A model generated the notes under the pieces. The model was not told the origin of the DNA. It did not search any database and saw only the letters and a list, made by a program, of their open reading frames with translations. From positions 206,072 to 270,071 of the forward strand of contig CAZENF010000002.1 of assembly GCA_964513645.1 (NCBI GenBank): 64,000 bases of DNA, read 5' to 3'. Shown here one piece after another: positions 1-9,983 of the stretch; within the stretch, counting starts at the first letter, position 1, and the number at the start of each line of letters is the position of its first letter. The position numbers were made by a program, and so were the translations under genes. This DNA is from an uncultured Candidatus Saccharibacteria bacterium (GTDB lineage Bacteria > Patescibacteriota > Minisyncoccia > 2-02-FULL-40-12 > GWA2-44-9).

Positions 1-2
1 TG

Positions 3-605
3 AAAGTTGTTGTCGAGGGAATCAAAGTTCAGGGCTTTGATTCAGTTTTACCGGTCAGCCCTGAAAAGTACGAGCTGTTGAGCTCGGCGATGATCAATTG
101 GGTCAAGAAGCACATCTATTGGGTTCTTCCGATGAGCGGCATGATGGTCGCTGGTGGAGGAACCTACTGGTACATGAGTCCTGGTTCGAATCAACCGCGG
201 ATACCTTCGCAGGTTGTCCCGTTTGTTCAGCAGGGCGGAGCGCCTCAGCCGGTCTATCAGATGGCCGTTCCGTGTCAGCAGCAGGTTCCATGCCAGCCGG
301 TCATCGTCTGTCAGACCGTGAACTGTCAGCCTACGGCGCCCTTACAAGCAGCGCCGCCGGTACAGGTTATGCCGCCGGCCGTTGTCCAACCAATGCAGGT
401 TGCTCCACCAACCGTGGTTCAGCCCCCGCCAGTTCAGCAGCCACCACCGACCGCAAGGCGGCCGGCTCCGGCGGTTCAAGGAGAAAAGTGTCCATGTGTG
501 GTAAAACCGGTGTTCGAGGAGGTTCAACCTGAACCGCCTCGACAACTGAATGCTCGGGATGATCGCCGCAGAGATATCTGGGCACCTCTCAGCGCAAAAC
601 GCTGA
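3..605 (+). CDS. Pro/Gln/Val-rich membrane-anchored hypothetical protein, 5'-truncated by the window edge
   Basis: Frame is open from position 3 (KVVVEGIKVQGFDSV...), upstream of the tracked TTG at 78. One hydrophobic segment (IYWVLPMSGMMVAGGGTYWY), then a low-complexity P/Q/V/C tract and a terminator. Confidence 0.65.
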   Translation, partial: KVVVEGIKVQGFDSVLPVSPEKYELLSSAMINWVKKHIYWVLPMSGMMVAGGGTYWYMSPGSNQPRIPSQVVPFVQQGGAPQPVYQMAVPCQQQVPCQPVIVCQTVNCQPTAPLQAAPPVQVMPPAVVQPMQVAPPTVVQPPPVQQPPPTARRPAPAVQGEKCPCVVKPVFEEVQPEPPRQLNARDDRRRDIWAPLSAKR

Positions 606-625
606 ACTTCTCCTCTCGATACTAC

Positions 626-672
626 AACGCACTTCCCCTGCCTTCTGGCAGGAACAGGAAGTGCGTTTTTTC
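626..672 (+). terminator. Rho-independent terminator
   Basis: AACGCACTTCC-CCTGCC-ttct-GGCAGG-aaca-GGAAGTGCGTT followed by a T tract. Confidence 0.75.
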
Positions 673-719
673 TTTTATAAAATCTTGAAAAAACCTGAAA
701 AAATGATAAAATTCCAACA

Positions 720-1160
720 ATGAAACACTTCACCAAAGGTCCGAAAGAAACCCAAAAATTAGGGTATTTTTTGTTAAATAGAATAGGTTTAAGGAGGCGC
801 CGGAACGCAATTGTGGTTTCTCTGTCTGGTGATTTAGGTGCTGGTAAAACGGTTTTGGTCAGAGGGTTGGCCAGGATATTGGGCATAAAATCAAAGATCA
901 AAAGTCCAACCTTTACTTTAATGAAGAAGTATAAAATTCCTCGCTCTAAAAATTCAAAATTTCTATATCACCTCGACTGTTACCGGCTCAAAAACCACAA
1001 AGATCTTCTGGTCCTGGGTATAGACGATATTTTAAAAGATAAAGAAAATATCGTGATGATTGAGTGGCCGGAAAGGGTCAAAAAAATCTTGCCAAAAAAA
1101 CACATCAAAGTATCCATCGATCACGTTAATGAAAATACCCGAAAAATATCTATAAAATGA
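720..1160 (+). CDS. tsaE: tRNA threonylcarbamoyladenosine biosynthesis ATPase TsaE
   Basis: LSGDLGAGKT Walker A, SPTFTL, HLDCYRL and IEWPE motifs. Confidence 0.95.
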   Translation: MKHFTKGPKETQKLGYFLLNRIGLRRRRNAIVVSLSGDLGAGKTVLVRGLARILGIKSKIKSPTFTLMKKYKIPRSKNSKFLYHLDCYRLKNHKDLLVLGIDDILKDKENIVMIEWPERVKKILPKKHIKVSIDHVNENTRKISIK

Positions 1161-3808
1161 AAAAACTTATTCTTATTGATTCAAATGCTCTGGTGCACAG
1201 AGCTTTTCATGCTTTACCGCCAAGCTTGACCTCGCCAAAAGGCGTCATGACCAACGCTGTCTACGGTTTTACCTCCGTGCTCCTTAAGATGCTTAAAGAT
1301 CTCAAACCCGATTATATTGCGGCAACTTATGATCTTGCCGGGCCGACGTTCAGACATGAAGAATTTGAAGAATATAAGGCCCATCGCGCTAAAGCGCCCG
1401 ATGAACTCTATGCTCAAATTCCTTTGACCAAGAACATTCTTAAAGCTTTCGGTATTCCGATATATGAGCAACAAGGATTTGAAGCCGACGACCTGATAGG
1501 CTCGTTAGCTGAGGTTGCAAAGAAAGAAAAAGGCCTCCAGGTGGTGATAGTGACCGGCGATATGGATACGCTCCAGTTGGTGGATGACGATAAAGTCGTT
1601 GTTTTTACTTTGCGAAAAGGTCTGACCGATACGATAACCTATAACGAGCAGGAAGTTAAAAAAAGATACGGTATTAAGCCCGAACAGGTAATTGATTTCA
1701 AGGGCCTTAAGGGTGACCCATCTGACAATATCCCGGGCGTACCAGGAATAGGGGAGAAGACCGCTTCTTTACTGGTCCAGGAATTTGGAAATATCGAGGA
1801 AATGTATAACAAGATCGAGAACAGTTCTAAAAAAATCAAGCTTAGTCCCAAACTTCTTGAAAAATTAAAAGAGAACAAAGACCAGGCGTTTTTTTCAAAA
1901 AAATTAGCAACAATCATCCGTAATCTCGAAGTAGATTTTAATTTAGATAAAGCAAATTGGAGGAAAAATTTGAAGGAAGAAGATGTGGAATCGACGTTCA
2001 AGGATTTCGGATTTTATAGCTTAATAAAGCGTTTAGTTGAACTTGATATCACCGCCGTTCAAGCAATGCCTTTGGATGAAAAAAAAGAAGCACCTTTGGT
2101 TAAAAATGATTCCGTAGAGATTTTAAAGGGAAACAAGGAAATTAAAGGGCTTTTAAACAGAATAATGGATTTAAAAGAGCTGACCTTTGATATCAAAGAA
2201 GGAGTTTTTATTTTTACAGATAACGGTCAAAATTGTTCCGGTTTTGATCTGGAAGACATATCAATATCAAAATCAGGCAGCGATGAGTTGTGGAAGATTT
2301 TTGTTGCCATTTTTGAAAACGAAAAAATCCATAAATCCGGGCATGACCTGAAGCCGCTTCTTAAAAAATTTACTGAAAAAGGCATTCATGTTTCCGGCGT
2401 TGTTTTCGATACCAAGATCGCAGCCTACTTGCTTAAAGGCGATCGGAAAGATTATGAACTGCCGGTATTGTATCAAAATGAATTAGGCAAAGAGTTGTTT
2501 CCAGGCGATATGAATTATCTTCTTTCGATTCGGGAACTTAAAAAACATTTATGGGAAAAAATTAAAGAAAATGGCTTGGTAAAGCTTTTCGAAGAGATAG
2601 AAATGCCTCTGATACAAGTTTTGGCCGAGATGGAGCTTTTAGGTATTAAGATAGACCAAAGATCGCTTGAGAAGCTTTCAGGATCTGTTAATTCAGAGAT
2701 CAAAAAACTTGAGAAAGATATTTATAAATTCGCAGGAATTCAGTTTAACATTAACTCCCCGGCCCAGCTAAAGGAAATACTTTTTGAGCGCTTGGGAATT
2801 AAAGGCAAGGTCAGGAAAACAGCCAAAGGCTCTTTATCAACGGCAGCGGGAGAGCTTGAAAAATTGGCGGACGAACACCCGATAGTTAATTTGATATTAA
2901 AATACCGAGAACTTCAGAAACTAAAAACTACCTATATCGAACCATTCCCGCAATTGATAGACCCAAAGACTAAGAGGATACATACAACCTTCAATCAGGC
3001 TGGTACTGTCACAGGCAGGATATCAAGTCAGGACCCCAATTTACAGAATATTCCGGTCCGGACAGAACTGGGGCAGGAATTTCGGAAATCATTTGTTTCC
3101 GAAGTGGGATATAAATTGGTATCTTTTGACTATTCACAACTCGAACTTAGGATCGCAGCTCATATTTCGGGCGATAAAAAAATGTCTGCTGCTTTTAAAA
3201 GAGGAGAGGATATACATACCCGGACGGCGGCTGAGATATTTGAAGTTGCACCGGAAAATGTTACGCCGAATATGCGCCGCGAGGCCAAGGTCCTCAATTT
3301 TGGACTACTCTATGGAATGGGCCTTCTCGGTTTTCAGAGAGCGGCCGGGGTTTCCCGTGACCGGGCCAGAGAATTTATTGACCGGTATATGCAGGAATTT
3401 TCCGGGGTGGCAAAATACATGAACGATACGGAACAAAAGGCCAGAAAAGATGGGTTTGTCTCAACTATCTTTGGCCGTCGCAGGTATTTGCCTGAAATAA
3501 ATTCAGGCATCCCTCAGCTAATCGCTCAAGCCGAAAGAATGGCGATAAATCATCCGATACAGGGAACCGAAGGGGATTTTTTAAGGATAGCGATGGGACG
3601 GATACATGAACTTGTCTATAACGAATACAACGAGAACGACGTTAGAATGCTGCTGCAAGTTCATGACGAGCTTTTATTTGAGATAAAAAATAATTTAATT
3701 GAAGAAGTTTCGCCTAAGATCAAAAACATAATGGAAAATGTGGCCAAATTAGACGTTCCGTTAGTGGCTGATATAAAATCGGGAGACAACTGGAGAGACA
3801 TGTCATAA
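1157..3808 (+). CDS. polA: DNA polymerase I
   Basis: 5'-3' exonuclease (LIDSNALVHRAFHA, EADD, GDPSDNIPGVPGIGEKTA) and polymerase motifs DYSQLELR, AKVLNFGLLYG, LQVHDELLFE; middle 3'-5' exonuclease domain looks degenerate. Confidence 0.97.
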   Translation: MKKLILIDSNALVHRAFHALPPSLTSPKGVMTNAVYGFTSVLLKMLKDLKPDYIAATYDLAGPTFRHEEFEEYKAHRAKAPDELYAQIPLTKNILKAFGIPIYEQQGFEADDLIGSLAEVAKKEKGLQVVIVTGDMDTLQLVDDDKVVVFTLRKGLTDTITYNEQEVKKRYGIKPEQVIDFKGLKGDPSDNIPGVPGIGEKTASLLVQEFGNIEEMYNKIENSSKKIKLSPKLLEKLKENKDQAFFSKKLATIIRNLEVDFNLDKANWRKNLKEEDVESTFKDFGFYSLIKRLVELDITAVQAMPLDEKKEAPLVKNDSVEILKGNKEIKGLLNRIMDLKELTFDIKEGVFIFTDNGQNCSGFDLEDISISKSGSDELWKIFVAIFENEKIHKSGHDLKPLLKKFTEKGIHVSGVVFDTKIAAYLLKGDRKDYELPVLYQNELGKELFPGDMNYLLSIRELKKHLWEKIKENGLVKLFEEIEMPLIQVLAEMELLGIKIDQRSLEKLSGSVNSEIKKLEKDIYKFAGIQFNINSPAQLKEILFERLGIKGKVRKTAKGSLSTAAGELEKLADEHPIVNLILKYRELQKLKTTYIEPFPQLIDPKTKRIHTTFNQAGTVTGRISSQDPNLQNIPVRTELGQEFRKSFVSEVGYKLVSFDYSQLELRIAAHISGDKKMSAAFKRGEDIHTRTAAEIFEVAPENVTPNMRREAKVLNFGLLYGMGLLGFQRAAGVSRDRAREFIDRYMQEFSGVAKYMNDTEQKARKDGFVSTIFGRRRYLPEINSGIPQLIAQAERMAINHPIQGTEGDFLRIAMGRIHELVYNEYNENDVRMLLQVHDELLFEIKNNLIEEVSPKIKNIMENVAKLDVPLVADIKSGDNWRDMS

Positions 3809-3817
3809 TATAACCTT

Positions 3818-4696
3818 ATGCCCGAACTACCGGAAGTCGAAACAATTGTCAGGGATTTGAGAAAAAAAGTTATTGGCCTGAGGATAACCGATTTTTGGTC
3901 GGACCGGGAAAAACCGGTCAAACAAGCCGGCGGTTCTGCTGGATTTAAAAAAGAAATTAAAGGTAAAAAAATATTATCGGTCACTCGCCGGGCTAAATTT
4001 ATTGTGATTGATATCGAAGGAGATAAGTCACTTTTTATTCATCAGAAGATATCGGGTCATGTGATGTATGGTAAGTGGAAATTAGAGAACGGTGCCTGGA
4101 TTTCTTCTGTCCCAGGACCGCTTAAAAATGATCGCCAGAACCAGTATATACGCTATATCTGGGCCTTTAATAATGGATATCAAATGGCGATGTCTGATTT
4201 GCGAAGATTTAGCCGCGTAATCTTGGTTAAGGACAAGGACGTTTCTAATTTAAAAGAAATTCGTGATTTAGGGCCCGAACCCTTGGAAGTTTCTCAAAAG
4301 GAGTTTAAGGATTTGTTTAAAAATAAACGCGGTAATTTAAAACCAGTCTTGATGGACCCATATTTTATAGTCGGCATCGGGAATATCTATGCCGATGAGA
4401 TACTCTGGGATTCAGGAATCCATCCTTTATCTCGAGTTGAGAATTTAAAAAAGGGCCATATTGAAAAAATATTCAATTCTATGATAAAAATCTTGAAAAA
4501 AGCTATCCAAGCCAAGGGTTCAAGTGTGGATGATTACCGTACTCCGTCAGGAGAGAAAGGGAGTTATCAGGAGATTGAAAAAGCGTATCAGCAGACGGGT
4601 AAAAAATGTTTTCGGGGCGATGGCGGTGTTATGAAGAGATTGGTAATTGGTCAAAGGTCAGCTCATTTTTGTCCGAAACATCAAAAACTTTTTTAA
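3818..4696 (+). CDS. mutM: Formamidopyrimidine-DNA glycosylase (Fpg/MutM)
   Basis: N-terminal PELPEVET, H2TH motif GIGNIYADEILW, C-terminal finger; polA-mutM synteny. Confidence 0.95.
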   Translation: MPELPEVETIVRDLRKKVIGLRITDFWSDREKPVKQAGGSAGFKKEIKGKKILSVTRRAKFIVIDIEGDKSLFIHQKISGHVMYGKWKLENGAWISSVPGPLKNDRQNQYIRYIWAFNNGYQMAMSDLRRFSRVILVKDKDVSNLKEIRDLGPEPLEVSQKEFKDLFKNKRGNLKPVLMDPYFIVGIGNIYADEILWDSGIHPLSRVENLKKGHIEKIFNSMIKILKKAIQAKGSSVDDYRTPSGEKGSYQEIEKAYQQTGKKCFRGDGGVMKRLVIGQRSAHFCPKHQKLF

Positions 4697-4705
4697 TATC
4701 TTAAA

Positions 4706-5722
4706 ATGCTGAAACTTAATCTCAATAAAATACTAATTATCAGCGGCATCACAGCCTTAGTTTTTGTTGCAATTTTTTTAATTTGGTGGCAGAAAGCTCC
4801 AATCACGATAAATAATGAAAATAAGACTACTCAAACTGTTGAGATCGGCCCCAAAAGTCCGATAACGGGCACTAATTGTGACAATGCCGCTCAACGGCCT
4901 CTGGCGGTAATGATATCTTCTGATCCGGTTACTCGCCCTCTTTCGGGTATAAGCCAGGCTGATATTGTTTTTGAAATGCCGGTGACGCCGAGTGGGGTCA
5001 CGAGAATGATGTCAATCTATCAATGCGAAGAGCCGAAAGATATCGGTTCTATTCGGTCTGCTCGCCAGGATTTTATCCCTTTGGCGGCAGGATTGGATGC
5101 AATCTACGCTCATTGGGGAGGGGAGCATGGCGCGCTTCAAAATCTGAACAACCACGTTATCGACAACATTGATGCGATGAAATATGAAACGGTCTATTTT
5201 TATCGGAAAGCCGGAGTACCGCAGCCACATAACGGTTTTAGCGACTATCAGCGCCTCGTCAATGGAGCCAAAGATCTTAATTATTCTTTGAGCAAGAATT
5301 TTTCCGGCTACCCTCATTTAGAAAAAAACCAAAATGCGAGAAATATTCTTAACTTGGTTAATTCAATTTCGATAGACTATACCTCGCCGTTCAATGTTTT
5401 ATGGAGTTATGATGAAAATTCAGACACTTATAAACGCTTAAGGAACGGCCAGCCTGAAACGGATAGGAATAACGGAAATCAGGTCTCCGTGAGCACAGTT
5501 ATCGTGATGAAGACCACTTCTTCTTTTACTTCTAAAGATTATTTGACTGTTGTTACGGCCGGAAACGGCGACGCTGTAATTTATCAGAACGGTGTTAAGA
5601 TAGAGGGCAAGTGGTCAAAAGACCCTGCGACCCTTGATAGCAAACTTTTCTTTTATGATAATGATGGAAAAGAAATTGAGCTTGCTCCAGGCAAAATTTG
5701 GGTTGAGATCGAGACAAATTAG
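4706..5722 (+). CDS. DUF3048 (YerB-like) membrane-anchored protein
   Basis: N-terminal TM; RPLAVMI...RPLSGISQADIVFE...GVTR...IGSIRSAR and PQPHNGF motifs. Confidence 0.85.
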   Translation: MLKLNLNKILIISGITALVFVAIFLIWWQKAPITINNENKTTQTVEIGPKSPITGTNCDNAAQRPLAVMISSDPVTRPLSGISQADIVFEMPVTPSGVTRMMSIYQCEEPKDIGSIRSARQDFIPLAAGLDAIYAHWGGEHGALQNLNNHVIDNIDAMKYETVYFYRKAGVPQPHNGFSDYQRLVNGAKDLNYSLSKNFSGYPHLEKNQNARNILNLVNSISIDYTSPFNVLWSYDENSDTYKRLRNGQPETDRNNGNQVSVSTVIVMKTTSSFTSKDYLTVVTAGNGDAVIYQNGVKIEGKWSKDPATLDSKLFFYDNDGKEIELAPGKIWVEIETN

Positions 5723-5731
5723 ATCCTAATT

Positions 5732-6679
5732 ATGGTCATTTTTCTATATGGCACTGACTCTTACCGCCTAAAAGAAGCGAGAGAGGAAATGATGAAGCGG
5801 TACAAATATAAATATCCAAGCGGGATAAATTTTTTCGTGTTTGATGTTTCTGAACCTAATGAACTCGAAAACCTTGAGAAGGTTTTAAAAAGTTCTTCAT
5901 TTTTTAATGAACATAAATTGGTGATCATTTCGAACTCATTCCTTAAAAAAAATATAGCCGAAAAATTATCGGCTATATTCAATAGCTATGATATTGGAAA
6001 ATCAAGCGACATAACCCTGATCGTTTCTGAAAACAGTACTGAAAAAGATCTCGGAACTAAGAATAAAGAGCTCTCAAAAACTCTTTTACAAAGTAAGATG
6101 GTTAAAAACTTCGAACCCTTGACCGGATCAAAACTGGAGGAGTGGATCATAAATGGGTTCAAATCAAGACTCTGTCAGATAAACACAAATGCTTTAAGAA
6201 GATTAACCAGTTTAACCGGTAACGATAGTTGGCGTTTGGCGAATGAAATAGATAAACTAACTGCCTATAAGGCCGGTAAAGAGGTGACTGTCAAAGATAT
6301 AGAAAGTTTAGTTTCTGGTAGCGAATCATCTAATGTTTTTGAACTTACCGATGCCATAAGTTTAGGAAATAGAAAAAAGGCCATTGAGCTTCTATATTTT
6401 AATATTTTTACTGGCCAAGACCCGTATTATCTTCTGACTATGATAGTTCACCACTTCAGAAATGTACTCATAGTTAAAGGTCTTTCAACATCAGGACAAT
6501 CCGAACCCGAAATAGTCAAAAAGACAAAACTTCACCCTTTTGTGGTCAAAAAATCTTTAAGAAGTAAGTTCAGTCTTGAAGACGGAACCCGGGTTTATAA
6601 GAGTTTGTTGGAACTTGATTCTGGTTTCAAGAACGGAGCCATTGACCTTAAAGACGAACTCTCCGGTCTCTTAATTTGA
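5732..6679 (+). CDS. holA: DNA polymerase III delta subunit
   Basis: IFLYGTDSY start, LANEIDKLTAY, NVFELTDAI, KLHPFVVKK. Confidence 0.9.
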   Translation: MVIFLYGTDSYRLKEAREEMMKRYKYKYPSGINFFVFDVSEPNELENLEKVLKSSSFFNEHKLVIISNSFLKKNIAEKLSAIFNSYDIGKSSDITLIVSENSTEKDLGTKNKELSKTLLQSKMVKNFEPLTGSKLEEWIINGFKSRLCQINTNALRRLTSLTGNDSWRLANEIDKLTAYKAGKEVTVKDIESLVSGSESSNVFELTDAISLGNRKKAIELLYFNIFTGQDPYYLLTMIVHHFRNVLIVKGLSTSGQSEPEIVKKTKLHPFVVKKSLRSKFSLEDGTRVYKSLLELDSGFKNGAIDLKDELSGLLI

Positions 6680-6739
6680 AATAATCTGTCCTTTGGTTAT
6701 TATTACTGTCATCGTCCCTTAAAAACCTTAGGAGGCATT

Positions 6740-8737
6740 TTGAGTCAGGATCCGGTTGTAAATGAAAACCCAAAGCCGAGCTTGAAAAACCTTATTGATC
6801 AGGAAATATCATCTTATCTTGAAAAAAGGGTTCAGAAAGAACCTATCACGATATCTGATTTTTGGGATCTTCTCGAGGCCGACCCTCAATTGGCCCAGCT
6901 CTCGCATCAGAGACTTTATTCGGCCGTAGGTTCACGCGGATACGAAGATATCAGTTTTGAGGTTGATCCCAGGCGGGCCAAACTTCTTGAACTTGAGCCG
7001 GGTTTTGTGATGAGAGTACCCAAACTTTTCACTCAACGTCTTTATGGTATCGAAAAAGTTCTGTTCTCAGTCGATAATTATCTTTATATGGCAGCGGGTC
7101 AGGGCGAAGCTTCTCGGCAAATGCTGTATTTCTGGGGTCCTCCCGGTTCGGGCAAGACCACACTTGCTGAAATAATGCGCCGAGTTCTTGAAGAACATGG
7201 CTTTTGGCAGTTACAAGACTGCGAGCATCATGACAATCCTGTCGATGCTACTCCGCGTCATTTGCGGGCAAAGATATTCGAGGATTACGGAATATTTATT
7301 GATCCGCGCGCAGACATCTGTCCCAAATGCCGTAAAAAGCTTACTGGCGAATATGGGAACGATTACAGGAAGTTCAAAGTTGAGTGGAAAACATTTTCCC
7401 AGAGGAAAAGCTGCGGTATCGCTGTGGTTTCTGAAGTTGATCCGATAAATTTCAACATGGCTGTCATGATCGGCGAGGAAGATATCTCCAAGTTGGGGGA
7501 TTACAAAAGAGGCGATCCTGAAACTCTGATCTTGAACGGGGCGTTCAGTCGCGGTAAGCGCGGTATAAATGAGATAGTCGAAATATGGAAAAATCCGGTC
7601 GAGGCTCAAAGGCCTTTGCTGACCCAAACTCAGGAAAGATATGTTCCTTTGCCTAAATTTACCGGGCAGGTGTATTCGGAGACCGTAATTATCAGCCATT
7701 CAAATGAAACAGAGTGGAGAAAATTTAAATCCGACCCGACAAATGAAGCGACTATGAACCGTATTTATGTTGTAAAAGTTCCTCACAATCTTAGACTGAC
7801 CGAGGAAGTCCAGATCTATAAAAACTCATTTCTCGACAGATCTCTTAATTTCCGGAATATCCACATTGACCCGCATTCTCTTGAACAGGTCGCGATGTTC
7901 GTTCTTTTTACCAGAATGGACAACAAGAACTCTCAAGTGGAACCGCTGGTAAAAATAAAAATATATGACGGTCAGGACTTAACATCTTCCGGAGAGCCCG
8001 TTAACATTACCCTATCTAAGTTCGGCGAGTTAGCTGACCCTAAAGAGGGGATGGTCGGACTATCTTATCGGGATGCGACCAAAAGCATAATCGAAGAAAG
8101 TCTGGCCTATTATCGTTGTTTTTGGGAAAAGGATGAATATCTCTCCAAATGCGGGGGCTACCTTAACCCGCTCTGGCTTCACAAGGCCATGGTAAGATAT
8201 GTTCAGGAATCTGATATACCAAAAGATGCCGAGTGGCCAAGAGCCGGAAAAAAACAATGGCTTTCGTTTATCCAGGATGACCTTTATCATGAACTGCTCG
8301 AATCACTCAAAACGGATGTTATCCTGGCTCACCTTAAGAATATTCAGGGTTCATTTCAGAAAACGGTCGATTATCTTTTGGGAGTCTACACAGACAATCT
8401 GATCCGGTCTTTTAACAAAGAACCGGTTGACGAAGATTTTGTTAAATCTGTTGAGGAAAAACTTCTTATGTCTGAATCTGAAAAACAGGCTTTCAGGTCA
8501 GAAATGGCCAAGGCCGCGTTCAGTTTAAAGGTCGCCGGAGAAAGTATCGATTCCAGTGCTTCAGGAAAGCTAAAGTTTTCCCTCGAGACTCTTGCCAGAC
8601 AGAACATCATGAGATCAATAGCTCAGAAACTCGGTGATCATAGTGAGAAAACCCGATTGATAGAAGCTATGACACAGATCGGCTATGCCAAGATCGGCGC
8701 CGAGACCGTGCTTGAACACGTAGCCAGACATGCTTAA
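6740..8737 (+). CDS. prkA: PrkA/YeaG-family AAA+ protein (annotated serine kinase)
   Basis: LYGIE, Walker A GPPGSGKTT, LNGAFSRGKRGINEIVEIWK, IISHSNETEW, VKVPHNLRLTEEVQIY; AGGAGG SD before the TTG start. Confidence 0.88.
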   Translation: MSQDPVVNENPKPSLKNLIDQEISSYLEKRVQKEPITISDFWDLLEADPQLAQLSHQRLYSAVGSRGYEDISFEVDPRRAKLLELEPGFVMRVPKLFTQRLYGIEKVLFSVDNYLYMAAGQGEASRQMLYFWGPPGSGKTTLAEIMRRVLEEHGFWQLQDCEHHDNPVDATPRHLRAKIFEDYGIFIDPRADICPKCRKKLTGEYGNDYRKFKVEWKTFSQRKSCGIAVVSEVDPINFNMAVMIGEEDISKLGDYKRGDPETLILNGAFSRGKRGINEIVEIWKNPVEAQRPLLTQTQERYVPLPKFTGQVYSETVIISHSNETEWRKFKSDPTNEATMNRIYVVKVPHNLRLTEEVQIYKNSFLDRSLNFRNIHIDPHSLEQVAMFVLFTRMDNKNSQVEPLVKIKIYDGQDLTSSGEPVNITLSKFGELADPKEGMVGLSYRDATKSIIEESLAYYRCFWEKDEYLSKCGGYLNPLWLHKAMVRYVQESDIPKDAEWPRAGKKQWLSFIQDDLYHELLESLKTDVILAHLKNIQGSFQKTVDYLLGVYTDNLIRSFNKEPVDEDFVKSVEEKLLMSESEKQAFRSEMAKAAFSLKVAGESIDSSASGKLKFSLETLARQNIMRSIAQKLGDHSEKTRLIEAMTQIGYAKIGAETVLEHVARHA

Positions 8738-8752
8738 CGCATGTCTTTTTTT
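8726..8752 (+). terminator. Intrinsic terminator overlapping the prkA stop
   Basis: AGACATGC-ttaac-GCATGTCT followed by a T tract. Confidence 0.6.
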
Positions 8753-8795
8753 GTGCTAATTTAAAATCCAGCTTCCTTGTTCCAAAGGGGAAAGC

Positions 8796-9983
8796 TTGGC
8801 TAAATTCAGAGATCTTTCACAATTAGACAGAGAATTTAATCGAAGTACCGGAGACAGACAAAGGCATGCGGCTTTGGTCAGAGAATTGATGAGAGATAAT
8901 CTGGCTCAGCTTTTGGAAGAGATCGATATTTTCCGGTCTGATAATCAAGACATGTCCGGTAATTTGCAAAAAATAAGCGTTAAGATGGCCAAAGAATATC
9001 GTTTTATTTTTGGCCACAGACCTCAAAATACGAAAGGGACTGGTCAGGCCGAGGGAGTTAAGAGGGGACAAGTGGTAGGGAGTATCAAAGATCAATCGGA
9101 TGGTGTTAGTGGCAAAGATAATTTGGGTGGAATTGAGAAAGGGAGATTGATATTTGAATTAACTCCCGAAGACATAGATGACATCCTGGATGATTCGGCC
9201 AAGGATCTCAATCTCCCATATTTAAGTCGGAGCAAATCTAATCAAGTCTTATCTTTATCTGAGGCACGGTGGCGTGGTCTGAAAGAGAACGGGATAGCTC
9301 CTCGGCTTGATCTCGAGGCTTCTTGGATTGAAAAAATAAAAAGAGAAAAAATGATGTCCAAGAATAAGAGCATAGCTCTTAACCCTAAATTCATAAACGA
9401 CGATCTCCGCTATCACGGCCTGGGCATTAAACAGCGTCTTCAGACAAATGTTCTTCTGGTCTGCATCATGGATAAATCAAGCTCAATGGATGCCAAGAAA
9501 AGATACTTCACGAAATGTTTCCTCTATGCCGTTTACAATTTTGTCAGAGAAAAATATCTCAATTCGGACAGGTTGTTCATACTTCATGACACCGAAGCCC
9601 AGGAAACCGATTCCGATAAATTCTTCCGTGTTTCCGGTGACGGCGGAACCGCTATTTCGAGTGGCCCCAAAAAGGCCCTCGAATTGATAAATAAAAGATA
9701 TGACCAGGAACAATGGGATATATATTGTGTTCATTGTACTGACGGTGAAAATAATTCCAACGATAGTATTGAAGACGTGGTCAAAGTGTTCAAAGACCTG
9801 CTGGCCATCTCCAAACTTATCGGTTTCGCTGAGATCCAACCGGATAAAACGGACACGACCGCTTTTACCGATTCTGTTGTCCGTGGAGTTAAGAATGAAA
9901 GATTCAGAAAAATATTCATCACGAAAAAAGAAGATCTCCGGAGAGCTTTCGACGATTTTTTGAGTATTGAGCAGGAGGTTTAA
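8796..9983 (+). CDS. YeaH/YhbH (DUF444) vWA-domain protein
   Basis: DRQRH, EYRFIFG, FINDDLRY, MIDAS MDKSSSM, GGTAISS, TDGEN; position after prkA. Confidence 0.88.
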   Translation: MAKFRDLSQLDREFNRSTGDRQRHAALVRELMRDNLAQLLEEIDIFRSDNQDMSGNLQKISVKMAKEYRFIFGHRPQNTKGTGQAEGVKRGQVVGSIKDQSDGVSGKDNLGGIEKGRLIFELTPEDIDDILDDSAKDLNLPYLSRSKSNQVLSLSEARWRGLKENGIAPRLDLEASWIEKIKREKMMSKNKSIALNPKFINDDLRYHGLGIKQRLQTNVLLVCIMDKSSSMDAKKRYFTKCFLYAVYNFVREKYLNSDRLFILHDTEAQETDSDKFFRVSGDGGTAISSGPKKALELINKRYDQEQWDIYCVHCTDGENNSNDSIEDVVKVFKDLLAISKLIGFAEIQPDKTDTTAFTDSVVRGVKNERFRKIFITKKEDLRRAFDDFLSIEQEV

